Shown piece by piece: positions 38,440 to 47,276 of a stretch of DNA of 64,000 nt; position 1 is the first letter of the stretch; each line of letters begins with the position of its first letter. This DNA comes from Pseudothermotoga sp. (GTDB lineage Bacteria > Thermotogota > Thermotogae > Thermotogales > DSM-5069). Both the position numbers and the translations under genes were made by a program. The DNA is taken from assembly GCA_031962025.1 (NCBI GenBank), contig JAVRKW010000001.1. One strand, written 5' to 3'. Under the pieces are notes generated by a model. It did not search any database. It saw only the letters and a program-made list of their open reading frames with translations, and was not told where the DNA came from.

Positions 38440-39464
38440 AGATCAGTTCAGTTTCTTTCAGGAGAGTTTTTTACCAGTACTTGCAACCATTCACGATATC
38501 ACTTGGCACTCACGAAGAACAGGAAAATATCGAGGTTTGTGTGAAACTCGAAGATGGTACAGAGGGTTGGGGAGAGGCTTCGGCACTGTTTGTAATCTCC
38601 GGTGAGACTCCCCAAATGCTTGAAAAAATGGAAAGTACTGCAAAAGACATCCTGATAGGAAAAGAGATCGAGAAATACCAGATCCTGTTCAATTTACTCT
38701 CAAATTTAAGAGCAACACCTGCCATCAGAGCCGCTGTTGAGTTTGCCGTGATTGATGCGTTCTGCAAGAGGTTTGGAATAAAGCCGTATCAGTTCTTTGG
38801 CGGTGCCAAAGACAGGCTTGAGACTGACAAAACAGTCGGAATAGAAAATCTGCAAACCACGCTTGCAAAGGTTGAAAAAATTTACAAAGAAGGTTTCAAA
38901 AAGATAAAAATAAAGGTTGGTAGAGATGTCAAAACCGACATAGAAAGAGTTGTCAGCTCCCAAAAAATCGCACCAGATGCGAGTTTTGTGGTTGATGCCA
39001 ATCAGGGATTCACACCAAAAGAAGCTGTAGAGTTCATTCAGGCACTTTATCGTGAATCTGTAAATGTCGATGTTTTTGAACAGCCTGTATTCAGATATGA
39101 CATTGAAGGATTGAAATTTGTCCGCTTGAACAGTCCATATCCTGTGGCGGCTGATGAAAGCGTCTTCACAAAATACGACGCCTTGAGAGTAATAAAAGAG
39201 GAAGCAGCTGATGTGATAAACATCAAACTCATGAAATCAGGCTTGAGTGAGGCTCTGGCAATAATACAGATGGCTCAGGCGGCAAATGTCAAATTGATGA
39301 TCGGTTGCATGGGTGAAAGCAGTCTTGGAATCAGACAGAGTATCCATCTTGCCGCCGGTACAGGTGCGTTCACATACCATGACTTGGATTCTCATCTGTC
39401 TTTAAAAGAAGAAAAATTCAGGGGCGACTTCACGCAAGAAGGTCCTTTCATCATATTGAATTGA
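38436..39464 (+). CDS. Enolase-superfamily dipeptide epimerase (L-Ala-D/L-Glu epimerase / DgcA-like)
   Basis: KIKVG, VDANQG, FEQP, ADES, NIKLMKSG, GCMGE, DLD. Confidence 0.9.
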   Translation: MKISSVSFRRVFYQYLQPFTISLGTHEEQENIEVCVKLEDGTEGWGEASALFVISGETPQMLEKMESTAKDILIGKEIEKYQILFNLLSNLRATPAIRAAVEFAVIDAFCKRFGIKPYQFFGGAKDRLETDKTVGIENLQTTLAKVEKIYKEGFKKIKIKVGRDVKTDIERVVSSQKIAPDASFVVDANQGFTPKEAVEFIQALYRESVNVDVFEQPVFRYDIEGLKFVRLNSPYPVAADESVFTKYDALRVIKEEAADVINIKLMKSGLSEALAIIQMAQAANVKLMIGCMGESSLGIRQSIHLAAGTGAFTYHDLDSHLSLKEEKFRGDFTQEGPFIILN

Positions 39465-39477
39465 TCTTTGAAACAAT

Positions 39478-39496
39478 TTAGACTTAAAAAGTCTAA
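39478..39496. promoter_or_regulatory. Perfect 19-bp palindromic operator upstream of the Fe-S operon
   Basis: TTAGACTT-AAA-AAGTCTAA. Confidence 0.7.
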
Positions 39497-39536
39497 TATG
39501 AATGTAAACCGCACCATGTAAAATTAAAGTAAGGAG

Positions 39537-40280
39537 ATGGTGCGGTTGTTAATTCTGGACAATGTGAGTTTGAACGCAGATGGTAAATACATTCTCAAAA
39601 ACGTAAATGCAGTTTTTGAAACGGGTAAAGTCTATGCCATCCTTGGTACAAATGGTGCTGGCAAGTCATCTCTTGCATATCTCATAATGGGAATAAATGA
39701 CTACAGACCATCCTCGGGAAAGATTTTGCTCGATAAAGAAGATATAACTGATCTTTCGATCACAGAGAGAGCCAAAAGAGGTCTGACATTACTCTGGCAG
39801 GAACCGGTGAGATTTCAAGGGATCAGTGTGGAGCAATACCTGACACTCGGTGGGAAAATAAAGGTCTCAAAAGATCAGGTTGAATCTGTGCTTAATCTTG
39901 TTGGACTCTCACCAGAACTTTACAGACACAGAATAGTCGATGGGCTTCTGAGTGGAGGAGAGAGAAAAAGAGTGGAGCTTGCTTCTATTTTGTTGCTAAA
40001 CCCCAGGTATGCAATTCTCGATGAACCCGACTCAGGTATCGACATAATGTCCCTGTCGATGATTGAGAGAGTAGTTGAATACATCGTAAAAAACAATGGA
40101 ACGGTTATCGTTATAACCCACAGAGAAGAGATCGCAAGGATATCCCAAGAAGCTTACCTTTTATGCAGTGGATCGATTCTCGCACACGGTTCACCTGATA
40201 AGATCATAGAGTACTATAAAAACAGGTGTGATGGTTGTTCACACGCAAATCTTCCAGATATAGAGGAAGTGAGAATATGA
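39537..40280 (+). CDS. SufC/SmsC-like ABC ATPase with C-terminal CxxC
   Basis: GTNGAGKSSL, WQEP, LSGGERKRVEL, LDEPDSGID, ITH, C-terminal CDGC. Confidence 0.88.
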   Translation: MVRLLILDNVSLNADGKYILKNVNAVFETGKVYAILGTNGAGKSSLAYLIMGINDYRPSSGKILLDKEDITDLSITERAKRGLTLLWQEPVRFQGISVEQYLTLGGKIKVSKDQVESVLNLVGLSPELYRHRIVDGLLSGGERKRVELASILLLNPRYAILDEPDSGIDIMSLSMIERVVEYIVKNNGTVIVITHREEIARISQEAYLLCSGSILAHGSPDKIIEYYKNRCDGCSHANLPDIEEVRI

Positions 40281-41236
40281 TAAGTGCGGTTGATCAGAAA
40301 AGAGAATTTGAAATGCTGAAGAAAGCTTATGAAAAAGCCGGTGGAGATGTTTCAAAATTTTTGGATAAAAGAGTTGCATCCTTGATAATAAGTAATGACA
40401 GGGTGATTGGTCTTAACAGCGTGGAAGGAATACAGATTTTTCCCCAAAAGATTGAGGATGGAGTAAAGGCAAAGATACTGGTGAAGAAAAACACCGTGAT
40501 TCAGACTCCTGTTCATATCTGCACGGGTTTTGTAGAAAAAAAAGGACTCCAAAGGGTTATTTTTGAGATAGAAGTTGAAGAGAACTCGCAGGTCAGATTT
40601 GTGGCTCACTGTACATTTCCATGGGTAGAAGAATTTACACATGATGCACTGGCATTGGTCCACGTTGGAAAGAACGCAAAGATGTACTATGCCGATGAAC
40701 ATTACCATTCTGATACTGGCTCGATAACTCTGAATACAGTCACAAAAGCTGTCGTGGAGGAAAACGGGCTTTTTGTAAATAACTTTACCCTGACAAAAAC
40801 CAGAGTTGGTAAACTTCGCCTTGATGCGTCTGTGGAAATACACGACAACGCTGTTGCTGACTTATCAGCAAAGGTAAAGGCGAGCAAGTCAGATCAGGTT
40901 TCCATAAGGGAAAAACTCGATTTAGTGGGTTCTCATTCCAGCGGTATTGCAAAAACAACTGTTGTTGCTTTGGATCAGTCAAAGGTTAGGGTTGTAAATG
41001 AGGCTTATGGGATTGGCAGTTATTCAAAAGGTCATATAAAGTGTGAAGAGATAACAAAAGGTACAGGGGTAGATGTGAGCACTGTTCCTGTTTTGAAAGT
41101 GCTGAATGAACTGGCGGAGTTGACACACGAAGCTTCTATAGGTCGTGTCAATGCAAATCAACTTCAGACATTGATGGCTAAGGGATTGAGTGAAGATGAA
41201 GCAACTGAGTTAATAATAAAAGGTCTCATAGGATGA
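40277..41236 (+). CDS. SufB/SufD-family scaffold (SmsB-like, single short subunit)
   Basis: PVHICTG, AHCTFP, EHYH, GHIKCEEI, LTHEASIG, LMAKGLSEDEA. Confidence 0.88.
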   Translation: MISAVDQKREFEMLKKAYEKAGGDVSKFLDKRVASLIISNDRVIGLNSVEGIQIFPQKIEDGVKAKILVKKNTVIQTPVHICTGFVEKKGLQRVIFEIEVEENSQVRFVAHCTFPWVEEFTHDALALVHVGKNAKMYYADEHYHSDTGSITLNTVTKAVVEENGLFVNNFTLTKTRVGKLRLDASVEIHDNAVADLSAKVKASKSDQVSIREKLDLVGSHSSGIAKTTVVALDQSKVRVVNEAYGIGSYSKGHIKCEEITKGTGVDVSTVPVLKVLNELAELTHEASIGRVNANQLQTLMAKGLSEDEATELIIKGLIG

Positions 41237-41250
41237 CAGGAGGGGTGAAG

Positions 41251-42072
41251 ATGAATCAGTATGTGGAAAAGGTAAAAAGTGCTGCTGAATTTCTAAAACA
41301 GAGGGTGAGTGAACTTCCTCAAATTGGCGTAATTCTCGGCTCGGGTCTTGGAAAAATCGCCGATGTACTGCAACATCCATTCAAACTTCACTACTCTGAC
41401 ATACCTGGTTTTCCAGTATCCACAGCACCTGGTCACAAGGGGGAGTTGATCTTTGGAAAACTCGGCGAAAAAAATGTTGTCTTGATGAATGGAAGATTCC
41501 ATTATTACGAAGGATATTCCATGCAGGAGGTTACATTTCCAATCAGAGTCATGCAGTTGCTCGGCGTGAAATATTTGTTTGTGACAAATGCTTCGGGAGG
41601 GTTGAACCCTGTTTTTGATGTTGGGAAACCCATGATTATAACAGATCACATAAATTTCATGGGGGATAACCCGTTGATAGGACCCAATATCGACGAATGG
41701 GGACCTAGATTTCCGGATATGAGTGAGCCTTATGATAGAGAACTGATCAAGCTCGCAAAAAAGGCAGCTCAGGAAGAAAAGATAGACGTCTATGAAGGTG
41801 TTTATGTTGCGGTGGCTGGTCCAAACTTCGAAACTCCCGCGGAACTGAAAATGTTCAGAAAGCTCGGTGCAGATGCCGTAGGTATGTCAACAGTTCCAGA
41901 GGTGATAGTTGCAAGACACGCTGGTATAAAAGTGCTCGGTCTTTCTGCTATAACAGACAGGGCTGTACCGGAAGATCTGAAGCCTTTGAGTGCTCAGGAA
42001 GTTCTCGAAATAGCTGAAAAAACTGGAGAAAAGATAGCCAGAATTATCCTGAGGGTTATATCTTACATGTAG
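41251..42072 (+). CDS. Trimeric-class purine nucleoside phosphorylase
   Basis: ILGSGLG, GRFHYYEG, TNASGG, GPNFETPAE, GMSTVPE, ITDRA. Confidence 0.93.
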   Translation: MNQYVEKVKSAAEFLKQRVSELPQIGVILGSGLGKIADVLQHPFKLHYSDIPGFPVSTAPGHKGELIFGKLGEKNVVLMNGRFHYYEGYSMQEVTFPIRVMQLLGVKYLFVTNASGGLNPVFDVGKPMIITDHINFMGDNPLIGPNIDEWGPRFPDMSEPYDRELIKLAKKAAQEEKIDVYEGVYVAVAGPNFETPAELKMFRKLGADAVGMSTVPEVIVARHAGIKVLGLSAITDRAVPEDLKPLSAQEVLEIAEKTGEKIARIILRVISYM

Positions 42073-42082
42073 GAGGTGCTCA

Positions 42083-43255
42083 ATGAGGATCTTTCTGGAT
42101 AATTGCAGAACCACAAAAGTATTGCCAGAAGTTATTCAGGTAGTTCAGGATTACATGGTTAATAAATTTGCAAGACCTGATGGTCTCTATCAATCTGCAC
42201 AGGAAGTCTATGATGATCTGGAAAACGCAAAAGAGTTTTTTGCCAAGTCAATAAATGCCGATTCCAAAGAAGAAATAGTCTTTACTTCGGGAGCCACCGA
42301 GTCCAACAACCTGGCTATCATTGGAGTTGCCCGAGCAAACAAAAGCAAAGGCAATCATATAATTATCTCAGCACTTGAACACGGCTCGGTCATGAGCATA
42401 GCATCTTTTTTGAAAGATGAAGGCTTTGAAGTGACCGTTGTGCCTGTTGATAGCGAAGGTCTTATAAAGCTGGATGATTTGCAAAAAGCCATCAAGCCTT
42501 CCACAATACTGGTCAGTGTTATATCCATAGGTCATTTTGTTGGATCGATCATGCCGCTTGAACAAATAGGTGAGATTTTGAGTCATCAGGATCACAAGAT
42601 CTATTTTCACACAGATGCAGCAGAACTGTACGCAAAATTCCCGGTCGATGTGAAAAAGATAAAGGTTGATCTGATGAGTGTGAGTGGTCATAAATTTCAC
42701 GCACCAAAAGGTGTGGGATTTTTGTATTTGAAAAAAGGAACCAAGATTGAACCTATAATGTATGGTGCAGAGTCTTTCGATAAAAGACGACCCGGTGGAG
42801 AAAATGTCCCTGGGATAATGGGAATGAAAAAAGCAGCAGAACTCGCAATTGAAAAGATGGACTCTGCTCTTGAAAGTTTAAGAGAGCTGCAGGAGTATTT
42901 CATAAACAGGGTAGAATCGGAGATCGATCACGTCATCCTGAACGGTCCAAGGGGAAAGAACAGGACACCTTACAACGTCAACTTCAGCTTTAGATTCATA
43001 GAGGGTGAAGCTATCAGTCTTGCTTTGAGTATGGAGGGAGTTGAAGTTGCAACGGGTTCGGCTTGTGCATCAGAGAAGCTCGAACCGAATTACGCGATTC
43101 TTGCGATCGGCGGTGATCATGAAAGAGTGCATGGTTCAATCAGATTCACTTTTGACAGATTTGCAACAAAAGAGCAGATAGATTACACAGTTGAAAAGCT
43201 CAAATCGGTTGTCTCGTGGCTCAGAAAGATAAGCCCAATTAAAGATGGGAGGTGA
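42083..43255 (+). CDS. iscS: Cysteine desulfurase 1 (IscS/NifS type, divergent)
   Basis: FTSGATESNN, SGHKFHAPKG, ATGSACAS; atypical DNCRTT and HTDAAE. Confidence 0.88.
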   Translation: MRIFLDNCRTTKVLPEVIQVVQDYMVNKFARPDGLYQSAQEVYDDLENAKEFFAKSINADSKEEIVFTSGATESNNLAIIGVARANKSKGNHIIISALEHGSVMSIASFLKDEGFEVTVVPVDSEGLIKLDDLQKAIKPSTILVSVISIGHFVGSIMPLEQIGEILSHQDHKIYFHTDAAELYAKFPVDVKKIKVDLMSVSGHKFHAPKGVGFLYLKKGTKIEPIMYGAESFDKRRPGGENVPGIMGMKKAAELAIEKMDSALESLRELQEYFINRVESEIDHVILNGPRGKNRTPYNVNFSFRFIEGEAISLALSMEGVEVATGSACASEKLEPNYAILAIGGDHERVHGSIRFTFDRFATKEQIDYTVEKLKSVVSWLRKISPIKDGR

Positions 43256-43260
43256 GTTAA

Positions 43261-43665
43261 TTGCTGAAGTACACCGAACTGGTCATGGATCATTTCAAAA
43301 ACCCAAGGAATTTGGGTAAAATAGACGATGCTGATGCTCAGGCAACAGAGGGTAGTGTTGCGTGCGGTGATATGATGACCGTGTATTTGAAGATTCAGGA
43401 TGATCGTATCATAGATATAAAGTTCGAATCATACGGCTGTGCCGCGAATATTGCTACGGCTTCCATGATGACCGAAGTTGCCAAAGGGCTTTCGCTCAAA
43501 GAGGCAAAACAGTTAAGCTGGAAAGAGATTGTGGAAAAGCTCGGAGGTTTGCCACAAATAAAGTATCATTGCAGTAATCTCGCTGTGGATACACTCAAAA
43601 AAGCAATTGAAGCATATGAAGAGTTGAAATCCAAGGAGCGCGTGAAAGATGAGAGTATATCTTGA
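43261..43665 (+). CDS. iscU: IscU/NifU-like Fe-S scaffold 1
   Basis: DHFKNPRN, CGD, GCAA, LPQIKYHC. Confidence 0.93.
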   Translation: MLKYTELVMDHFKNPRNLGKIDDADAQATEGSVACGDMMTVYLKIQDDRIIDIKFESYGCAANIATASMMTEVAKGLSLKEAKQLSWKEIVEKLGGLPQIKYHCSNLAVDTLKKAIEAYEELKSKERVKDESIS

Positions 43666-44776
43666 TCACGCAGCAACAACACCTGTTTTCAAAGAAGTGG
43701 CTCAGGAAGTAATGAAGGTTTTCACCGAGAGCTTTGGTAATGCCTCAAGTTTGCATTCTCACGGTGAAGAGGCAAAGCAGATCTACGAGAATGCCAGATC
43801 GGTTATCGCCAGGTATATAAATGTGTCGGCAGAAGAAATCTTTTTCACATCAGGTGGAACTGAATCAGACAACATAGCCATTATGGGCTTTTTGAAAGCG
43901 AACTTCCCAGACGGTGGGCATATTATCACCACTCAGATAGAACATCCTGCTGTTTTACAGGTGGCAAAGTACTTACAAGAACACGGTTATGATGTCACAT
44001 ATCTAAAACCAAATTATGAAGGCTATGTCACCCCGGATGATTTCAAAAAGGCAATTAGAAGAGACACTGTCCTTGCATCTATCATGTGGGTCAATAACGA
44101 AACCGGTGTGATCCAGCCAATTGAAGAGATCTCAAAGATAGCGAAGGCACATGGAATAATTTTGCACACCGATGCAGTTCAGGCAATTGGAAAACTGAAA
44201 ATTGATGCATCTTTGGTGGATATGCTTTCGGCATCTGGTCATAAGTTTTATGCACCAAAGGGATGCGGGTTTTTGTATATAAGAAAGTCTTTAAGAGTGG
44301 ATCCAATCATCTATGGTGGAGGGCACGAAAAAGGTCTGAGAAGTGGCACAGAGAACGTCCCCGGTGCACACGGTATGGCTGTTGCGCTGAATGTGATCGA
44401 GAATAATTACTCAAATTGGGCGAAAAAAGTGCAGTCCTTCAAAGAGAAAATTATGGGTGAAATATCCCAGTTCGATGATTATCACGTAAATGGCAGTGAA
44501 ACTATTTTTTCTCACATAAACGTTTCTTTCAAGGATATCCACGGTGAGACACTTGCCACAGCACTTGATATGCGTGGTGTGTCTGTATCAACAGCTTCTG
44601 CATGTTCTTCACACCACAAAATGAGTAGATCACATGTTCTTGAAGCGATGGGACTGGATGACTGGATGATCGATGGTGCTATTAGAATAACGCTCGGATA
44701 CGATAACACGCCAGAAGAAATAGATTATTTTATTCAAATACTCCGTGAAGAGGTCAAACGGTTGCGGAAGATCTGA
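43649..44776 (+). CDS. iscS: Cysteine desulfurase 2 (IscS/NifS type)
   Basis: LDHAATTP, FTSGGTESDN, HTDAVQ, SGHKF, LRSGTENV, ASACSS. Confidence 0.92.
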   Translation: MRVYLDHAATTPVFKEVAQEVMKVFTESFGNASSLHSHGEEAKQIYENARSVIARYINVSAEEIFFTSGGTESDNIAIMGFLKANFPDGGHIITTQIEHPAVLQVAKYLQEHGYDVTYLKPNYEGYVTPDDFKKAIRRDTVLASIMWVNNETGVIQPIEEISKIAKAHGIILHTDAVQAIGKLKIDASLVDMLSASGHKFYAPKGCGFLYIRKSLRVDPIIYGGGHEKGLRSGTENVPGAHGMAVALNVIENNYSNWAKKVQSFKEKIMGEISQFDDYHVNGSETIFSHINVSFKDIHGETLATALDMRGVSVSTASACSSHHKMSRSHVLEAMGLDDWMIDGAIRITLGYDNTPEEIDYFIQILREEVKRLRKI

Positions 44777-44786
44777 GGAGGGTTGG

Positions 44787-45143
44787 ATGGCGTATTCTCA
44801 GAAATTCAAAGAACTGTTCATGTATCCAAAATACGCCCAGGAGATAGATTACACACACACCGCGGAAGTTGTATATCCAGACCATGGAGATCGAGTCAGA
44901 ATATTTTTGAAAATAGAGAACTACCTGATAAAAGACGTTGCATTCAAAGCATCTGGTTGTCCAAGGGTGATTGCAGCTTCTGAGGCTGTGTGCAGATTGG
45001 TCAATGGAAAACACATCGATTTTGTCAAAACTTTGAATGAAGAACACATCAGACAGGAAATGGAATTCTTTGACAAAGGTTTTGATTGTATAAGAGCACC
45101 GCTGGATGCTTTGAAAAAGGCTGTTTCAAGACTCGAGTCATGA
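44787..45143 (+). CDS. Divergent IscU-like protein 2; start refined to ATG 44787
   Basis: PDHGD in place of CGD, FKASGCP, FDC; GAGGAGG RBS. Confidence 0.78.
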   Translation: MAYSQKFKELFMYPKYAQEIDYTHTAEVVYPDHGDRVRIFLKIENYLIKDVAFKASGCPRVIAASEAVCRLVNGKHIDFVKTLNEEHIRQEMEFFDKGFDCIRAPLDALKKAVSRLES

Positions 45144-45880
45144 GTGGATTATCCAAGGGCATCATCTACAGCGCTGTTGCCGGTATGGCAACAGGTTTAG
45201 GTGCATTGCCTTTTCTCTTTGTTAAAAAAATGGCAGATGAGCGATTCATAGAGAGTTCGCTCGGTTTCGCGGCTGGTGTAATGCTCGCCGCAAGTGCTTT
45301 CAGCCTGGTGATTCCATCAATGGAACTGGGAGGACCTGTCAGGTTTGCAGTTGGATTCATGCTTGGTGGTCTTGTAGTAGATTTGATTGACAAATTCGTC
45401 CCGCATGAACACTTCACAAAGGGTCACGAAGGACTGGAATCTACCAAGCTCAAAGGCATATGGTTGTTTGTAATGGCGATAACCATACACAACTTTCCAG
45501 AAGGTATGGCTGTTGGCGTATCTGGTTTCACACCGCATGCTTTTTCAGTGGCGCTGGCGATAGGAATCCAAAATATACCAGAAGGCGCAGCGGTTGCCGC
45601 TTCGCTCATCAATGCAAAATATACACCAGTAAAAGCGTTCTTGATCAGTTTCTTAACTGGACTGGTAGAAGTAATTGGTGGCTCAGTTGGAGCAATCATC
45701 ACGCGATTTTCATCGGTTTTGATGCCTTATCTAATGGCTCTTGCAGCTGGAGCAATGGTTTTTGTAATAAGCGATGAGATAATTCCAGAAACCCACCTCA
45801 AAGGCAGAGAAAGATTGACCACTTACTGGATCTTGATTGGTTTTACATGCATGGCTGTTCTTGATCTCATCTTTGGTTAG
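45140..45880 (+). CDS. ZIP (ZupT/GufA) family metal transporter
   Basis: GFAAGVML, IHNFPEGMAVG, IQNIPEG, AAGAM, DEIIPE. Confidence 0.92.
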   Translation: MSGLSKGIIYSAVAGMATGLGALPFLFVKKMADERFIESSLGFAAGVMLAASAFSLVIPSMELGGPVRFAVGFMLGGLVVDLIDKFVPHEHFTKGHEGLESTKLKGIWLFVMAITIHNFPEGMAVGVSGFTPHAFSVALAIGIQNIPEGAAVAASLINAKYTPVKAFLISFLTGLVEVIGGSVGAIITRFSSVLMPYLMALAAGAMVFVISDEIIPETHLKGRERLTTYWILIGFTCMAVLDLIFG

Positions 45881-46719
45881 AAGAGCATCCAGATAATTGA
45901 AAGAATAGCCACAATAACACCAGCAAGAAAAAGTGTACCGATTGTACTGTCGTGCACAGGATAACTGGCAGGTAGTTTGAGTTCTTTATATGTGACAGTT
46001 CTTTGCACTGGATCGACATCTATTAGATAGACCGATTCTGCACGAGAAGATGCTTCGAAAAGGTAACCATTTGCTATTTTTTTGAGTTCAGGTCCGCGAT
46101 GGTCATGTCCACTCAAAACAAGATCGACTTTTGGAAAAAGTTCCAGAATCTTCATGTCGCTTTCGTGCTGTAGATGATTCAGGCAGATGACATAGTCTAC
46201 CTCTGGAAGATTCTGTAAAGTTTTCCTCAAAGATTCAAATGGATCTTCTGGTAGATCATCGTAGTGTTCAACACGATTGGCAAGATGCTGTATCGTCGTC
46301 AGACCTATAACGGCGATTTTTATACCGTCTATTTCAAATAACGAAAAAGGTTTAAGACCTTTGACATTCGCTCCGATCAATGAATGGTTCGCCTTTTTAT
46401 ATGCTTTGAGCCATTCTGCGGAAAAGTAGTATTCATGATTTCCAAGAACCATTGCATCGTATTTTACCTTCTTCACATATTCTAAAACTGAAGCTCGATT
46501 GTCACCAACAAATGGCAGCTGGATCTTCGAGTCAAAAAGATCTCCTCCATCCAGAACCAAGATCTTGCTTCTATCTACATCTGAAAGCCACTGGATCAAT
46601 CCCATAGGTCCATATCCATCTTTGACAAGAGTTTCATGCAGATCGCTTGTGAAAACTATCTGAAAGGAAAAATACTGAACAACGGTACTCAAAAGGAGAA
46701 ATAAAAAGAAACGCCGCAA
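45877..46719 (-). CDS. Membrane-anchored metallophosphoesterase (5'-nucleotidase N-domain-like)
   Basis: SDLH, DGGD, GNHE, GHDH; signal peptide and C-terminal TM. Confidence 0.85.
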   Translation of the reverse strand: MRRFFLFLLLSTVVQYFSFQIVFTSDLHETLVKDGYGPMGLIQWLSDVDRSKILVLDGGDLFDSKIQLPFVGDNRASVLEYVKKVKYDAMVLGNHEYYFSAEWLKAYKKANHSLIGANVKGLKPFSLFEIDGIKIAVIGLTTIQHLANRVEHYDDLPEDPFESLRKTLQNLPEVDYVICLNHLQHESDMKILELFPKVDLVLSGHDHRGPELKKIANGYLFEASSRAESVYLIDVDPVQRTVTYKELKLPASYPVHDSTIGTLFLAGVIVAILSIIWMLF

Positions 46720-47228
46720 AAAGACTCACCCCCATAATTCATCGAAGCAATCATGCCAACCTGCCATAACCTGACATGTGCAAGAAGTTTTAAGAGTCTT
46801 TCGCCGTTTTCGTATACCCTCAGTGAAGCACCGAGGTTGATGAATTGATCAGGTAAGATTCCATAACTTTCCACAAGAGTTGAGAAAACTATGCTTTTGT
46901 ATCGAGCTAAATCAAATCCAATTGTTAAATGATTAAACGCAAGAAATGGTTTTCTATCTTGGATATAAAAACCCACACTGTCTTTTGAAACCTTAGCTGT
47001 CAATTCGAGTCTTGAATACTTCAGGATTCTGCCTGAAAAAGTGATTCCGCTGTTGTCGATGCGCATGGAAAAGTTAGATGGAAGAGAGATGGTAAAACCA
47101 GAACCATCTTCTGACCACATCAAAATTGCATGAACGTCATCGAGTGTATAGCAAAAATCATCGGTGTAGAGAATACTCGCACCGACAATCAACCCAATCG
47201 AGCAGAATATCAGGATGATGTATTTCAT
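46689..47228 (-). CDS. Hypothetical exported protein, possible small beta-barrel
   Basis: Signal peptide, amphipathic beta-strands, C-terminal GVSFYFSF. Confidence 0.5.
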   Translation of the reverse strand: MKYIILIFCSIGLIVGASILYTDDFCYTLDDVHAILMWSEDGSGFTISLPSNFSMRIDNSGITFSGRILKYSRLELTAKVSKDSVGFYIQDRKPFLAFNHLTIGFDLARYKSIVFSTLVESYGILPDQFINLGASLRVYENGERLLKLLAHVRLWQVGMIASMNYGGESFCGVSFYFSF

Positions 47229-47276
47229 TTCAAATACTCCCCTGGGTTATTGTATCATTTTACCAGTGGAGGTGAA

